Positions 18,711 to 28,623 of a DNA stretch of 64,000 nucleotides are shown here, in pieces (the first letter of the stretch is position 1; every line of letters starts with the position of its first letter). The position numbers and the translations under genes are program-made. Source of the stretch: Candidatus Poribacteria bacterium (GTDB lineage: Bacteria; Poribacteria; WGA-4E; WGA-3G); the NCBI GenBank assembly GCA_965261125.1, contig CBDHCS010000007.1, positions 254,343 through 318,342 on the forward strand, in the 5' to 3' direction. The notes beneath the pieces were generated by a model that worked only from the letters and a program-made list of their open reading frames with translations, was not told the origin of the DNA and did no database searches.

Positions 18711-20678
18711 TTAGAAAGATCGCTCAACGCCCAAAAATAGCTGCGGTTGTCCTGATGAGGTAGATAATGGGTCAAGTGGAAACGCGAGTTCAATCCGAAA
18801 AATACCTGCATCGCTTACTTTAGAAACACTACCGCGCACCCCAAACCCTACGCTCGGTTTGACTTCTTTTATATCAAATGTCCTATAACTATCCCAAATG
18901 TAACCAATATCCGTGAAAGCGGTCACACTTAAAACGAGGCCAAGGTCAACGATGCGGTTTTTAATAAAAGGTTTTGCAAAGAATGTCGCAACCTTGGTTA
19001 GACCGTCATTCATCTTTCTGAAGAAGTCACCACCGCAAAGGGTTCTACTTTCTAAACTTAGCACCATCATTTTTTCACCGTTAAACTGTCTCAGTCCGTA
19101 TCCACGCAAACCGTTGGCAGCCCCTAACGTAACTTGGCTTTCACCGCGCCATCCGAACTGCATCTCTGTTTTAAATTGCGCGACAAACGTCTGTTGCAAA
19201 TCAAATAAGCCGTTCTCACGAAATCCTGTATCTACTCTATATATGTCACCTGTGTTAAACACGTCACGGAAAAATAACGCGCTTCGTGCTTGCAGAACAG
19301 AACGTTCAACCTGATTAGTAAAACTTGTTGAAAAATCAATACGTGCTATGCCAAAAAAACGATCTCCACTTATCCAACCGCCATTAACACGGAGGGATGC
19401 ATAATATTCGGTGCGCTCAGAACCGTATAACGGAGAAGCATATCCAAAGGAAGTGCTGAAGTGAGAACCTGTACTAAAATCTTCCTCGCCCCCCATGCCT
19501 CTGAGGAATCGTGTTTGATGAAAGCCGACATTTCTCCGACCAACAGTAATGCCTATACGTTTGATGTCACGATTAGATGGTGACGCGTCTGAAACCCTAA
19601 TAGACTCAATTGGTAGGTAGGTTGTACGGTCTGAGTCAAACCCGAATCCTAAGTAGTTTTGATGATGACGGTCTCCAAAGTACTGTAGTATTTTGCCGGA
19701 TGTTTTGTGCAGCGTTTGCTCAAAAATATCTGTTTTTTTTCCGTTTTCGTACCAACGGACTTGATTTATCAATTCAGAGATGCTAAAACTTGCACTCCAA
19801 CGGCTTTTTAGGGTATATTGTGGGCGTTCCAATAAAACATGCCATGAATCACCTTCACGTTTCTGAACGTATTCACTATCAAAATTCCAATGAGAATTGA
19901 CAAGACGAGGCATCCTATATTTCCAAGTAAAAAGCCCGCGAGTTTTCTCTCCCGCTTCCGTAATCCGCTCATATTTAATTTGCCCCGCTTGCCCAGACCC
20001 AAATATATTAGCTTCTCTGACTTGGGCAAGAAAATATCCGCTCTGGTTGTTAATTCCGGGGTCAAGCGCACCGGTTATAGAAAAAAGTTCTGTAACGGTA
20101 GCATGAATTGAAACCTTTTCCGATTCTTCATCCCATTTGGACTCAATCTTTGCTGCACCGATATAACGTTTCTGTCTTAAAATCCGTTCACTCTCTTTTT
20201 TGTCTGCTTCAATGTATACATCATTCTTTTGAAAAAGTAGTTCACGTATAATAACATTATCTTTGGTTTTCGTATTTCCAGATACCGTGATTTCCCCAAT
20301 TCTCCCTTCATCAATCTTGATTCCAATATAAAAACCGTCGTCCAATTTTTTCGGATCTACGGTCACTCTTGCATAAACCAAACCTTTATTGTGTAAAAAA
20401 CGAGCGATCTTTTCAGAATCCTTTTTCAATATCTCAGCATCATAGGGTTTACTAACGCTTGTTTGCATCAGATTCTTAATTTGTTCTTCGGAAAATGAGC
20501 GATTTCCCTCTACTACAAGACTACGGACAACCTCCGCTTGATTGCCAAAAACGGGTTGTGGATTGAGACAAAATATCACAATCAAATATAAAAAAGGACA
20601 GTGTAGACAAGCAGCAAACAGGCGCATAGCAGGACAGACAAGACTGTAAAAACTGAAAAACCTCTTGCAATCTACCAT
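18711..20678 (-). CDS. Omp85/BamA-TamA-like outer-membrane protein (POTRA plus surface-antigen barrel)
   Basis: POTRA-like VVEGNRSFSEEQIKNLM...YDAEILKKDSEKIARFLHNKGLVYARV and ITVSGNTKTKDNVIRELLF. The C-terminal barrel ends ...LFLGVERSF. The ATG overlaps the upstream TAA (TAATG). An alternative start lies at 20627. Confidence 0.8.
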   Translation of the reverse strand: MVDCKRFFSFYSLVCPAMRLFAACLHCPFLYLIVIFCLNPQPVFGNQAEVVRSLVVEGNRSFSEEQIKNLMQTSVSKPYDAEILKKDSEKIARFLHNKGLVYARVTVDPKKLDDGFYIGIKIDEGRIGEITVSGNTKTKDNVIIRELLFQKNDVYIEADKKESERILRQKRYIGAAKIESKWDEESEKVSIHATVTELFSITGALDPGINNQSGYFLAQVREANIFGSGQAGQIKYERITEAGEKTRGLFTWKYRMPRLVNSHWNFDSEYVQKREGDSWHVLLERPQYTLKSRWSASFSISELINQVRWYENGKKTDIFEQTLHKTSGKILQYFGDRHHQNYLGFGFDSDRTTYLPIESIRVSDASPSNRDIKRIGITVGRRNVGFHQTRFLRGMGGEEDFSTGSHFSTSFGYASPLYGSERTEYYASLRVNGGWISGDRFFGIARIDFSTSFTNQVERSVLQARSALFFRDVFNTGDIYRVDTGFRENGLFDLQQTFVAQFKTEMQFGWRGESQVTLGAANGLRGYGLRQFNGEKMMVLSLESRTLCGGDFFRKMNDGLTKVATFFAKPFIKNRIVDLGLVLSVTAFTDIGYIWDSYRTFDIKEVKPSVGFGVRGSVSKVSDAGIFRIELAFPLDPLSTSSGQPQLFLGVERSF

Positions 20679-22744
20679 TATGTTTCACCTGCAGCGAATA
20701 CGCTTTGACGGTTAGAAAGAAAACCTTCAAGGAGTAAAAGACAAACGGCTAAAACAAGCAATTCACCCCAAATTTCTCTGCCGTGTCTTTTGATGTCTAA
20801 TGCTTCAGTATCCAATTCACCTACTTCATTCGTAGAACCGGTTTGGGCGTTGATGCGTTCAGATGCCCGCTGCAGAGAAATGGAACTCAAATCGGCTTCA
20901 GCAGATGAGATATTTACAGCAAAAAAGTCTCTGAATAGTCTATCTTGTGCTTTCACGTCTACTTGATAAATACCGGGGAGTCCTATAGACTCAAAACGTA
21001 TTTCTCCATCTTCATCAATTGGAACCGCTATCATAGCATCTTCATCTGGGGATTCAAGTCTTTTTATCCACGCTTGTCCCCCTGAATTATGAGGATAACT
21101 GGCAGTGTATGCCTCTCCTACATTTATATTTTTCTGAGTATCACTGTGCATTACATAAAGAATACTATGTTGAAGGAGCGGTAAGAAATATGGATTAACA
21201 AGCAATTCGCTACTATTAGGTTGCTGTTGGAGGCTACAGTTAAAAAATAGAATATGGCTTTTACCTTGACGACGTTCTATAAGGAACGGGGTTTCATCCC
21301 CAAAACGTGCAATAATAGTTGCATCGGGAGCAGGCGTTACCGTCGTCCCTTGATAAAATTGTGGTCCATATTGACCTGAAAGGACATTCTCTGGAAAAAT
21401 CTCAAAGATAGGATGTGTCTCCTCAAATTGACTTACTTGTTGCGGGACTTGCCAACTAATCGGTTGACCGAATTGCACAGGTGCCCACGATAGATTATAA
21501 TTGGCAGTACCGAAAACAATTATGTTTTTCCCTTGACGCATGAACTCACGTAACTGTACTGCTCCCCTTGTAGAAATCTCTGGCACATCTGCAAGAAGGA
21601 TGATGTGAAACTCTTCAAGTGGAAACGTATCAAATTCTGCAGGAGTACATGCAGTCGGTTGTATCATAGGTGCGCCCACAGTTTGCTTGCTTATCAAAGG
21701 ATTCAGTGCCAATTTTAGATATTCTGTTTGTTCACCGACACAAAGCACCCGAATTTCACCGAGTGTTTCAAGCGCAAAATATCGACGGTTATCTGCATTT
21801 AAGCGATCATCAGTTAACGCAAAGTATCCAATATGTGTCCCTGGTGCCGAAAATGTATGTGTTAAAGTCGTCGTTATTGATTCATCTGCTGTAGCAGAAA
21901 AAGTCTGTGTTTTCTTTTTCTCATCTCCCACATAAAATGTTAGTGTCGTTTGTGCTACTGGGGCATCAGAATTATTTTTTATTGTAGTGTTCAAATGGAA
22001 CGGCAAATCAACACCGATTAGTTGATGAGAAGGTAGAATTTCTTCAATATTTGTATTATGCGGAATCCTTTCGTTAACAGGTAACAGGACAATTCGAGAC
22101 CCAGATCGATTAGCAACCGTTTCCCAATTATTCCAACCGTTTTGGGCAAAATCGGAAATAAGATAGAGTTCTTTATTCTGTTGGGTTGAGTCAGAGAGGA
22201 TTTCATGCGCAAGTTCAACGCTTGATTGAACATTTGTAGCGCGATAGGATACCTCTGCGTTTTGTATTGCAGTAATCACACTTTCAACGTCAGGGGTCAG
22301 TTGTCGAAAGACAGGTTGTGGAATATCCGACATTAAAATCAGGCTGGCGGAATCTCCATGACGAAGAGAGCGAAGCACATCAGTTGCTAAGGTTTTGGCT
22401 TTCTCAAACCAGACACCATCAACGTCTTCATACCCCATACTGTAAGAATTATCCAAAACGATTACGACATCAGTTTTGGCGCGCACAGCAGCAAGCGGAA
22501 GACCCAGCGTTAGAAATGGACGTGCCAAAGCGAGGGCAATAAGACCTACAATTAACATCCGTAAAAGTAGGATCAGAAGTTGTTTAAGTTGTAGCCTGCG
22601 GACATTTTGGCGATGCGCTGCAACCAAAAACATCAAACTGCTAAAGTCTACAGTCACCGCTTGACGACGGCTCCATAGATGGATTAACAGCGGAATTCCA
22701 GCAGCCAATAAGCCGAAAAGAAAAAGTGGGTTAAGAAAAGCCAA
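20678..22744 (-). CDS. BatA-N-terminal-domain / vWA-domain membrane protein
   Basis: MAFLNPLFLFGLLAAGIPLLIHLW (aerotolerance-regulator N-terminal motif). vWA MIDAS-like DVVIVLDNSYSMG. C-terminal TM helix IWGELLVLAVCLLLLEGFL. Confidence 0.85.
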   Translation of the reverse strand: MAFLNPLFLFGLLAAGIPLLIHLWSRRQAVTVDFSSLMFLVAAHRQNVRRLQLKQLLILLLRMLIVGLIALALARPFLTLGLPLAAVRAKTDVVIVLDNSYSMGYEDVDGVWFEKAKTLATDVLRSLRHGDSASLILMSDIPQPVFRQLTPDVESVITAIQNAEVSYRATNVQSSVELAHEILSDSTQQNKELYLISDFAQNGWNNWETVANRSGSRIVLLPVNERIPHNTNIEEILPSHQLIGVDLPFHLNTTIKNNSDAPVAQTTLTFYVGDEKKKTQTFSATADESITTTLTHTFSAPGTHIGYFALTDDRLNADNRRYFALETLGEIRVLCVGEQTEYLKLALNPLISKQTVGAPMIQPTACTPAEFDTFPLEEFHIILLADVPEISTRGAVQLREFMRQGKNIIVFGTANYNLSWAPVQFGQPISWQVPQQVSQFEETHPIFEIFPENVLSGQYGPQFYQGTTVTPAPDATIIARFGDETPFLIERRQGKSHILFFNCSLQQQPNSSELLVNPYFLPLLQHSILYVMHSDTQKNINVGEAYTASYPHNSGGQAWIKRLESPDEDAMIAVPIDEDGEIRFESIGLPGIYQVDVKAQDRLFRDFFAVNISSAEADLSSISLQRASERINAQTGSTNEVGELDTEALDIKRHGREIWGELLVLAVCLLLLEGFLSNRQSVFAAGET

Positions 22745-22793
22745 TCGTAATTTGCTCCTGTTGCCTGTATTACCTGTAAAAGGGATTTTTATT

Positions 22794-22953
22794 TATAGTG
22801 AACTTTGAAATTATTGGGACACTTTGATAAACCTGTTTTGGAGACATAACGGATAAGAGAAGTTGTAGCACAACCTGTTAGGTTGTGCATATTCGTCCGC
22901 AACCTAACAGGTTGCTCTACAGAAATGTCCCATTAATTATAGTTTTTACTATA
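22794..22953. mobile_element. MITE family A copy (A1)
   Basis: Imperfect ~29-bp TIRs tatagtgaactttgaaattattgggacac ... gtgtcccattaattatagtttttactata. Internal tgtag-hairpin-hairpin-ctaca core. It is very similar to 26109-26268 over its full length, by eye. Confidence 0.75.
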
Positions 22954-22968
22954 AAACCCTTTAATCCC

Positions 22969-24462
22969 TTATTCAACAACATCTATTTCAAGTTGATTGA
23001 GAGTTCGAAAAACTCCTTCAGTGAATTCAACCATGGTGCCCGATTCTAAAATGCTTCCCTGAAGCTGAATGTGATTCGCATCGGCAATAATTTGTCCTAA
23101 TGTAGGATCCATTTGAACCCATGTTCCCACGTATACTTCTGGCCAGAAATGGTAGTAAAACGCATCTTTTGAAAAAACCAATCCTGAACAGATGCGTGCT
23201 GGAATGCCGACTGAACGTGCCATCGCTATCAGCAGCACAGTATGTTCCGTGCAATCTCCAGAGAGCGACTCAAGCGTTTTCAATGATGAATTAAAACCAC
23301 CACTTAATTTTTTTTGAGTGATAGATTTGTAAACCCATCTGCACAACTTCTTTGATGCACGCCAAGAATTCACCTCACCACCTATGATCTCCACTGCTTT
23401 TGCACGAATCTCCGGATGTGCTGCTTCAATAAATGCTGTTGCCGAAAGAAAAGTTTGCAGTTCAGGAACCTCAACCGGTAAATCAACACAATTTTCGTCT
23501 TCTACCTCTGGAATTTCAATAGAAAGCGTGCCAGATCGTTCAGAATCCAATACAAGTTTCTGATGGTCTCTGTCCACAATAGCTTCCTTGAGACTGCCTT
23601 CTGAGAGTTGTACACTGCCAACAAACCGTGATGCTCTCGGTTTTGGTTTCGGACCTGTGGGGATAATACGAGTCTTTAACACAAGATCAACTTCTTCAAC
23701 CGCCCCCAGGGCAGTTTCTCTATCTGTTTTCGTTGCCACCATAGACAATCCCATCATATCTGTTACAGATTTATACATTGTACCGTCACGTGTAACCGAC
23801 AAACGTGCAGTAATGCCGCCCATAATGTCCAGTTTTTGTGCCAAAATATAGACATGTTTTTCTTCGGATTGATATGTCAAAGTCGCTTCATCTACAACAC
23901 TAAGTTCGGTATTTATAGATTGAAGCAGGTCGAAGCTGAACGTGTTATAGTTGAGTTTTTCACCGATCTTCAACCGGTCTTTAGATAACAGATAGCTTAC
24001 TGCGACGGTATCGGAGATCGTATCATCAGGTACATCAATTTCTGATTTTGTAGTTTGACCGTTAAGAGTCGTCTCAATATGTGCTACGTTGTCTTTAATT
24101 TTTCCTTCAACTTTTTTCTCTCCGGATTCATTAGAGGTTAGGACAAAATAGCGAGGCATGAAATTGGAATCCGAATATTCAATACGGTTCATCTCAATTT
24201 TCATGTTGTTCCCGAGCCCTTTAAATTGCATCACCATATCTGTTCTACTTCGAATCATTTCCTCGCCTTGATACTCAGTTTTTTCGAGATATATATGCAT
24301 GTACCCTATTTTCATGCCCATCATGGTCAGGTCATACCAATGTTCCTGCGGCTGTTTTAACATTTCTTCAAATTTCAATTGGTCAGTCTCCGATGCTTCA
24401 CAAATCAAAACTATAGCTACCAACAGTAGCGCAGATATCCATACAAATTTTGATAATTTCAT
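22969..24462 (-). CDS. Secreted transglutaminase-like (Cys-His-Asp core) protein
   Basis: Signal peptide MKLSKFVWISALLLVAIVLICEA. C-terminal GDCTEHTVLLIAMARSVGIPAR...YHFWPEVYV...MDPT transglutaminase core. Confidence 0.8.
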   Translation of the reverse strand: MKLSKFVWISALLLVAIVLICEASETDQLKFEEMLKQPQEHWYDLTMMGMKIGYMHIYLEKTEYQGEEMIRSRTDMVMQFKGLGNNMKIEMNRIEYSDSNFMPRYFVLTSNESGEKKVEGKIKDNVAHIETTLNGQTTKSEIDVPDDTISDTVAVSYLLSKDRLKIGEKLNYNTFSFDLLQSINTELSVVDEATLTYQSEEKHVYILAQKLDIMGGITARLSVTRDGTMYKSVTDMMGLSMVATKTDRETALGAVEEVDLVLKTRIIPTGPKPKPRASRFVGSVQLSEGSLKEAIVDRDHQKLVLDSERSGTLSIEIPEVEDENCVDLPVEVPELQTFLSATAFIEAAHPEIRAKAVEIIGGEVNSWRASKKLCRWVYKSITQKKLSGGFNSSLKTLESLSGDCTEHTVLLIAMARSVGIPARICSGLVFSKDAFYYHFWPEVYVGTWVQMDPTLGQIIADANHIQLQGSILESGTMVEFTEGVFRTLNQLEIDVVE

Positions 24463-24522
24463 AGTTATACCTCATAAATAGATTGAATTTGGTTTTCAAA
24501 TTTATACCTATATTTCATTCAA

Positions 24523-25119
24523 TTAATCCAAAGTTGCCATTGCAACCGTATGTGTGTTCCTTTGTTTAACCTTCCGATAGTTTCCAAAAACTTTCAAAAA
24601 ATTGCGTTTGATAAATTCCCGTAACCCAGAAATTGTCACGACATATATTCTACCACCTTGTTTGAGATGCCGCTTTGCATCAATAAAAAATATCTGTAGG
24701 AGTTCTTTGCCAACATTAGCTGGCAGATTAGAAGCAATAACATCAAACTGAATATCAGGCAGATGGCTAAATCCATTGCTTAAAAGGATATGATAATTTG
24801 AGAGTTGATTCTGTTTCACGTTTTTGCGTGCATAGTCTACAGCGACAAAATCTTTGTCCACCATGTAGACATCTGCTGTTTGTGTACACTTTGCCATAGC
24901 CACACCAATAGCACCGTACCCACATCCAAGATCGAGACAAGTGTCACCTACTTCAATTTCCAACAACTCAATCAACAATTGTGTGCCTGCATCAACCGCT
25001 TTTGGCGAAAAAAGTCCCCACGTGGTGGTAAAGGTAAGGTCAAATCCGCGCAATTTTGTCTGAAAGGTAATTTCCGATTGTGTGTCTGGTGTCATACTAT
25101 AGAAATTCCGTTTTACCAC
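24523..25119 (-). CDS. Class I SAM-dependent methyltransferase (RsmC/RlmG-like small domain)
   Basis: CLDLGCGYGAIGVAMA (motif I) and FDVIASNLPANVG (NPPxH-like motif IV position). Confidence 0.75.
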   Translation of the reverse strand: MVKRNFYSMTPDTQSEITFQTKLRGFDLTFTTTWGLFSPKAVDAGTQLLIELLEIEVGDTCLDLGCGYGAIGVAMAKCTQTADVYMVDKDFVAVDYARKNVKQNQLSNYHILLSNGFSHLPDIQFDVIASNLPANVGKELLQIFFIDAKRHLKQGGRIYVVTISGLREFIKRNFLKVFGNYRKVKQRNTHTVAMATLD

Positions 25120-26072
25120 TTTATCAGGACACCGAGCGTATGCCCAGGTGTATTCCAGAGCAGATCAAACGCCGCCTTTGCTTCTGTCCAGTTAAACCGA
25201 TGCGTTATCATATCAGATGCGCGAATCTCATCGTCCTGTATTTTCTGCAACGCGCGGGCAGCGATATTAGCGCGTGGTTCATCAGTGAGAATGCCAGCAA
25301 CGAGACGTTTGCTCATCATCTTTGACGAATATAAAGGAAGCGGTTTTTGTTGGTAGAGTGCAATAAGTTGTATAATCCCATATTGACGCACCATATCCTG
25401 CGCTTGTTCAAAAGACTTTACGCCTGCATGCCCACCGACACAATCTATTACCAAATCCGCGCCTTTCCCATTGGTAAGCCTACGAACCGCTTGGACAGGG
25501 TCTTCCTCTTCCGCGTTTATTGATACATCCGCACCGAGTTGAAGTGATAGCTCACATCGGAACGATAACGCATCTATAGTAATAATCCGTTCAGGTGAAT
25601 AACTACGGACAACCTGCATCATCAAGCTGCCAACCAAGCCTTGCCCCAAAACAACGACTGTGTCACCGGTTTGGACACCAGATGAGTCTGCCCAAGCAAC
25701 AGCACTCGTAGCAAGGGGTAGAAAAGTTCCTTCTTCAAAACTAACATCTTCGGGAAGATGCACGATGCGTCCATCAGTCGCGTTAGGTTCAGCAACTACG
25801 TATTCGGCATGCGGCGCAACAACCATTATCCGATCACCAACATGATAATCGGCAACCTGACTCCCGATAGCATCCACAGTACCTGTGAGTGAATATCCCA
25901 TGATTGACGGTGAAACCGCCTCTTCAAGAATGTATCGCCTAAAAAGTTCGGATCCACGGCTAATTAAGGTTGTATCTGTCTTAACCCGAATCTGATTTGC
26001 GTTTGTTTCTGGAATCGGCACCTCTTCTAATTGGATATTGCCGAAGCCTTCTGGTTTGGTTACCCGAAACAT
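25113..26072 (-). CDS. MDR-superfamily (zinc-type alcohol dehydrogenase-like) oxidoreductase
   Basis: GDRIMV..., GDTVVVLGQGLVGSLMMQV Rossmann motif, GADLVIDCVGG. Confidence 0.8.
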   Translation of the reverse strand: MFRVTKPEGFGNIQLEEVPIPETNANQIRVKTDTTLISRGSELFRRYILEEAVSPSIMGYSLTGTVDAIGSQVADYHVGDRIMVVAPHAEYVVAEPNATDGRIVHLPEDVSFEEGTFLPLATSAVAWADSSGVQTGDTVVVLGQGLVGSLMMQVVRSYSPERIITIDALSFRCELSLQLGADVSINAEEEDPVQAVRRLTNGKGADLVIDCVGGHAGVKSFEQAQDMVRQYGIIQLIALYQQKPLPLYSSKMMSKRLVAGILTDEPRANIAARALQKIQDDEIRASDMITHRFNWTEAKAAFDLLWNTPGHTLGVLIKW

Positions 26073-26108
26073 GTTCTAACCTCCTCGTTGACCCTATTAG
26101 GGCACCGA

Positions 26109-26268
26109 ATAAAGTGAACTTTGAAAGTATTGGGACACTTTGATAAACCTGTTTTGGAACATAACGGACAATAGAAGTTGTAGCACAACCTGTTAGGTTG
26201 TGCATAATGAGACGCAAACTGACAGTTTGCTCTACAGAAGTGTCCCATTAATTGTAAGTGTTGCTATA
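26109..26268. mobile_element. MITE family A copy (A2)
   Basis: Collinear with A1: ...aagtgaactttgaaagtattgggacactttgataaacctgttttgga...tgtagcacaacctgttaggttgtgc...cgcaaactgacagtttgctctacagaagtgtcccattaattgtaagtgttgctata. Confidence 0.75.
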
Positions 26269-26274
26269 TTAAGT

Positions 26275-27624
26275 TTACCGTTGCAAACGTTTCACTAAAT
26301 CCTCACGCGTAACGGGTTTATTTAGATCCATTAAATAAATGTGAAAGTTATCGCTTCTATCGGAAACAAACGCGATGTAACGCCCATCAGGCGAAAAAGT
26401 GGGTTGGATAGATCTACCGATGTCGCTTGTGATCCTACGTTCATTTTTTCCATTAGCATCGATCAGGTAAATTTCCCAGTCGCTATCCCTGGCTGACACA
26501 TACGCAATTGTTTTTCCATTTGGTGACACTGTGGGACTGTAACAATCATAACGGTTTGGGTTGAAATGTTTTTCATTTTGGCCATTAATATTCATGGTAT
26601 AGAGTTGATGCACGTCATTCCGTGAGGAAACAAAAACAATACGTTTCCCATCTGGAAAGAAGGTAGGACTGCCTTCGTCTGTTTCATTATGTGTAATACG
26701 TTTCGGTTCGATTTTCTCTGGTGTGATTTGTGTGAGGTCGAGTCCGTTTAAATCAAGAAGATATAATTCCAGGTTCTTGTCAGTATTTGATTCATAAACT
26801 ATCTGGTTGCCTGAAGGAGAAGATCGCGGTACGCGTGCGCCAAAACTGATGGGTATAACGGAACGCGTAATTTTGCTGTGGATATGCGTTAGGTTAAAAC
26901 CTGTATAAATCGGGGTTGAGCCACTACTTTGAAGAACTATTTTGACTTCCCGTGACGCTTTCGGTTCACTGCTATAAAAAATATAATTAGGAGTCTTGAG
27001 GAATGCAGGCGAGCTGTCATTGAAATCTGTTGTAAAGGTTACACGGCGTTGAATCTGTCCCTCTAAATTCATCAAGTAAATATCACTATTATCAAGACGA
27101 AAAGAGGCAAACGCAATTTGAGTGCCATCTGGTGAGAAGATAGGCGAATAGTTATCAAAATTACCGCGTGTAAGTTGTTTTGTCTTATAACTATCGCCTA
27201 CAAGTTCAATAATTTTTTGCAATACTTTGGAGTCTGAAGTGCCTTTTTGGACGGTGTTAAGTATACGAAAAGCAGAATCTCTATCACCAAATATGAGATA
27301 TGTGCGTGCCAATTCCAGACGCGCAGTTATCCGTTTTTTGGGTTGTTCAGTGTAAAGCTGCGAGGCTTTTTGGAACTGCTCAATCGCATCATTATTACGT
27401 CCTATTTCATTATACGCTTTTCCAAGCAGCATCCGTGCTCTTGGGTTTTTGGGGTCTGTTTCTGTAAAATCCTCCAATTTTACCAGAGCCTCTCGCGCCA
27501 TTCCAGTCCGGATAAGTTCTTCAATTTTGTTCAGAGTGCTATTTTGACACCCCAGCATTATCAGTATAGCAAGAGATAAACTACAGCGAAAAATAAATGT
27601 GCAATACAGTTTTGCTCTTAACAT
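26275..27624 (-). CDS. Lipoprotein with N-terminal TPR and TolB-like PD40 beta-propeller repeats
   Basis: Lipobox LIMLGC. TPR-like ARMLLGKAYNEIGRNNDAIEQFQKA. Repeated PD40 units (FSPDGTQIAFAS, FFPDGKRIVFVS, VSPNGKTIAYVS, FSPDGRYIAFVSDR). Confidence 0.8.
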   Translation of the reverse strand: MLRAKLYCTFIFRCSLSLAILIMLGCQNSTLNKIEELIRTGMAREALVKLEDFTETDPKNPRARMLLGKAYNEIGRNNDAIEQFQKASQLYTEQPKKRITARLELARTYLIFGDRDSAFRILNTVQKGTSDSKVLQKIIELVGDSYKTKQLTRGNFDNYSPIFSPDGTQIAFASFRLDNSDIYLMNLEGQIQRRVTFTTDFNDSSPAFLKTPNYIFYSSEPKASREVKIVLQSSGSTPIYTGFNLTHIHSKITRSVIPISFGARVPRSSPSGNQIVYESNTDKNLELYLLDLNGLDLTQITPEKIEPKRITHNETDEGSPTFFPDGKRIVFVSSRNDVHQLYTMNINGQNEKHFNPNRYDCYSPTVSPNGKTIAYVSARDSDWEIYLIDANGKNERRITSDIGRSIQPTFSPDGRYIAFVSDRSDNFHIYLMDLNKPVTREDLVKRLQR

Positions 27625-27657
27625 ATCGAGCCAATCTATTGTGGTATAGCGTTACTT

Positions 27658-28137
27658 TCAATCCGTTTCTAATGGACCTATGTTGGAATTATGTCTACCG
27701 CGCCATCCGTCACTCACCGCATAGATCCAACATATTATCGCTTGAATTGATGAAGTAACTTTTAGAATCCAAGAAGGATGAAACATTAATTTTTTTCCAC
27801 TGTCAAGTGTCCAAAGATGAATTGAACGATCAGAATCTGTTTCAGCATCAACCGTATCATCCGTTGAAGTTTCAGATTGCGTATTGGGCCCAAAGGATAT
27901 TAAATCGCGCCAGCCTTGCACAGGATATGAATTGATATAGAAAATACTAAGTGCCGAAGCAAATATAAAAAAAATTATACACCCCTTCATGAATCGTCCT
28001 AAGTATATCTGTCCAAGTCCAGGAAGAAGTGCCGACAGGATCATCGCTATATAAGAACGCGATGGCGGAGGCTGACTTTGTCTATTGGCAGTTATGTTGA
28101 AGTCTGGATGAAAATCGGTAGCAGATTCTTGCATCAA
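27658..28137 (-). CDS. Hypothetical membrane protein
   Basis: ORF abutting the upstream gene. TM segments include ILSALLPGLGQIYLGRFMKGCIIFFIFA. Confidence 0.5.
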   Translation of the reverse strand: MMQESATDFHPDFNITANRQSQPPPSRSYIAMILSALLPGLGQIYLGRFMKGCIIFFIFASALSIFYINSYPVQGWRDLISFGPNTQSETSTDDTVDAETDSDRSIHLWTLDSGKKLMFHPSWILKVTSSIQAIICWIYAVSDGWRGRHNSNIGPLETD

Positions 28138-28503
28138 TTAAGCTTCTCCTTGTGCAACGAGATATACACCGATGCAGATAATAATAGCTCCGATTATACG
28201 CACTCTTGGAATTGATTCTTTGAAAAACAACCATGAAAATGGTATTGTCAGAACATATCCCAAACTCAACATCGGGTACGCTATACTCAGCTTAACACGT
28301 GAGAGAATGACAAGCCACACAAATGTTGTGAAACCGTAGATTGAAATGCCTCCGATAACATAAGGATTTAATATGACCTGTGTGAGTTTTGGCACTAATT
28401 CACGAAAGTTGATAACCCCGACCTTACTGACACCTTGTTTAAGCAAGATTTGCCCCATGACTGTTAATAAAACATTAAAAAATAGCAATATATAGTCTTT
28501 CAT
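28138..28503 (-). CDS. Small 4-TM DMT/EamA-like (SMR/ArnE-like) membrane transporter
   Basis: 121 aa with four hydrophobic helices. The N-terminal LLTVMGQILLKQG is typical of single EamA-domain proteins. Confidence 0.6.
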   Translation of the reverse strand: MKDYILLFFNVLLTVMGQILLKQGVSKVGVINFRELVPKLTQVILNPYVIGGISIYGFTTFVWLVILSRVKLSIAYPMLSLGYVLTIPFSWLFFKESIPRVRIIGAIIICIGVYLVAQGEA

Positions 28504-28623
28504 ATCATTATTATATCACATGTAGAAGTGTTTTGCAATTTTGCATATATAAAATCAGAACCATTCAAATTTCTGTTGCTTTTTGTTTAAGAAATCGTTA
28601 AAATTTTAGGCAAGGAGGAGATT

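Noticed and set aside
24805-25356. 183-aa plus-strand ORF
   Set aside because: It spans the junction of two well-supported minus-strand genes (the SAM methyltransferase and the MDR oxidoreductase). The translation is Cys/Phe-rich and nonsensical.
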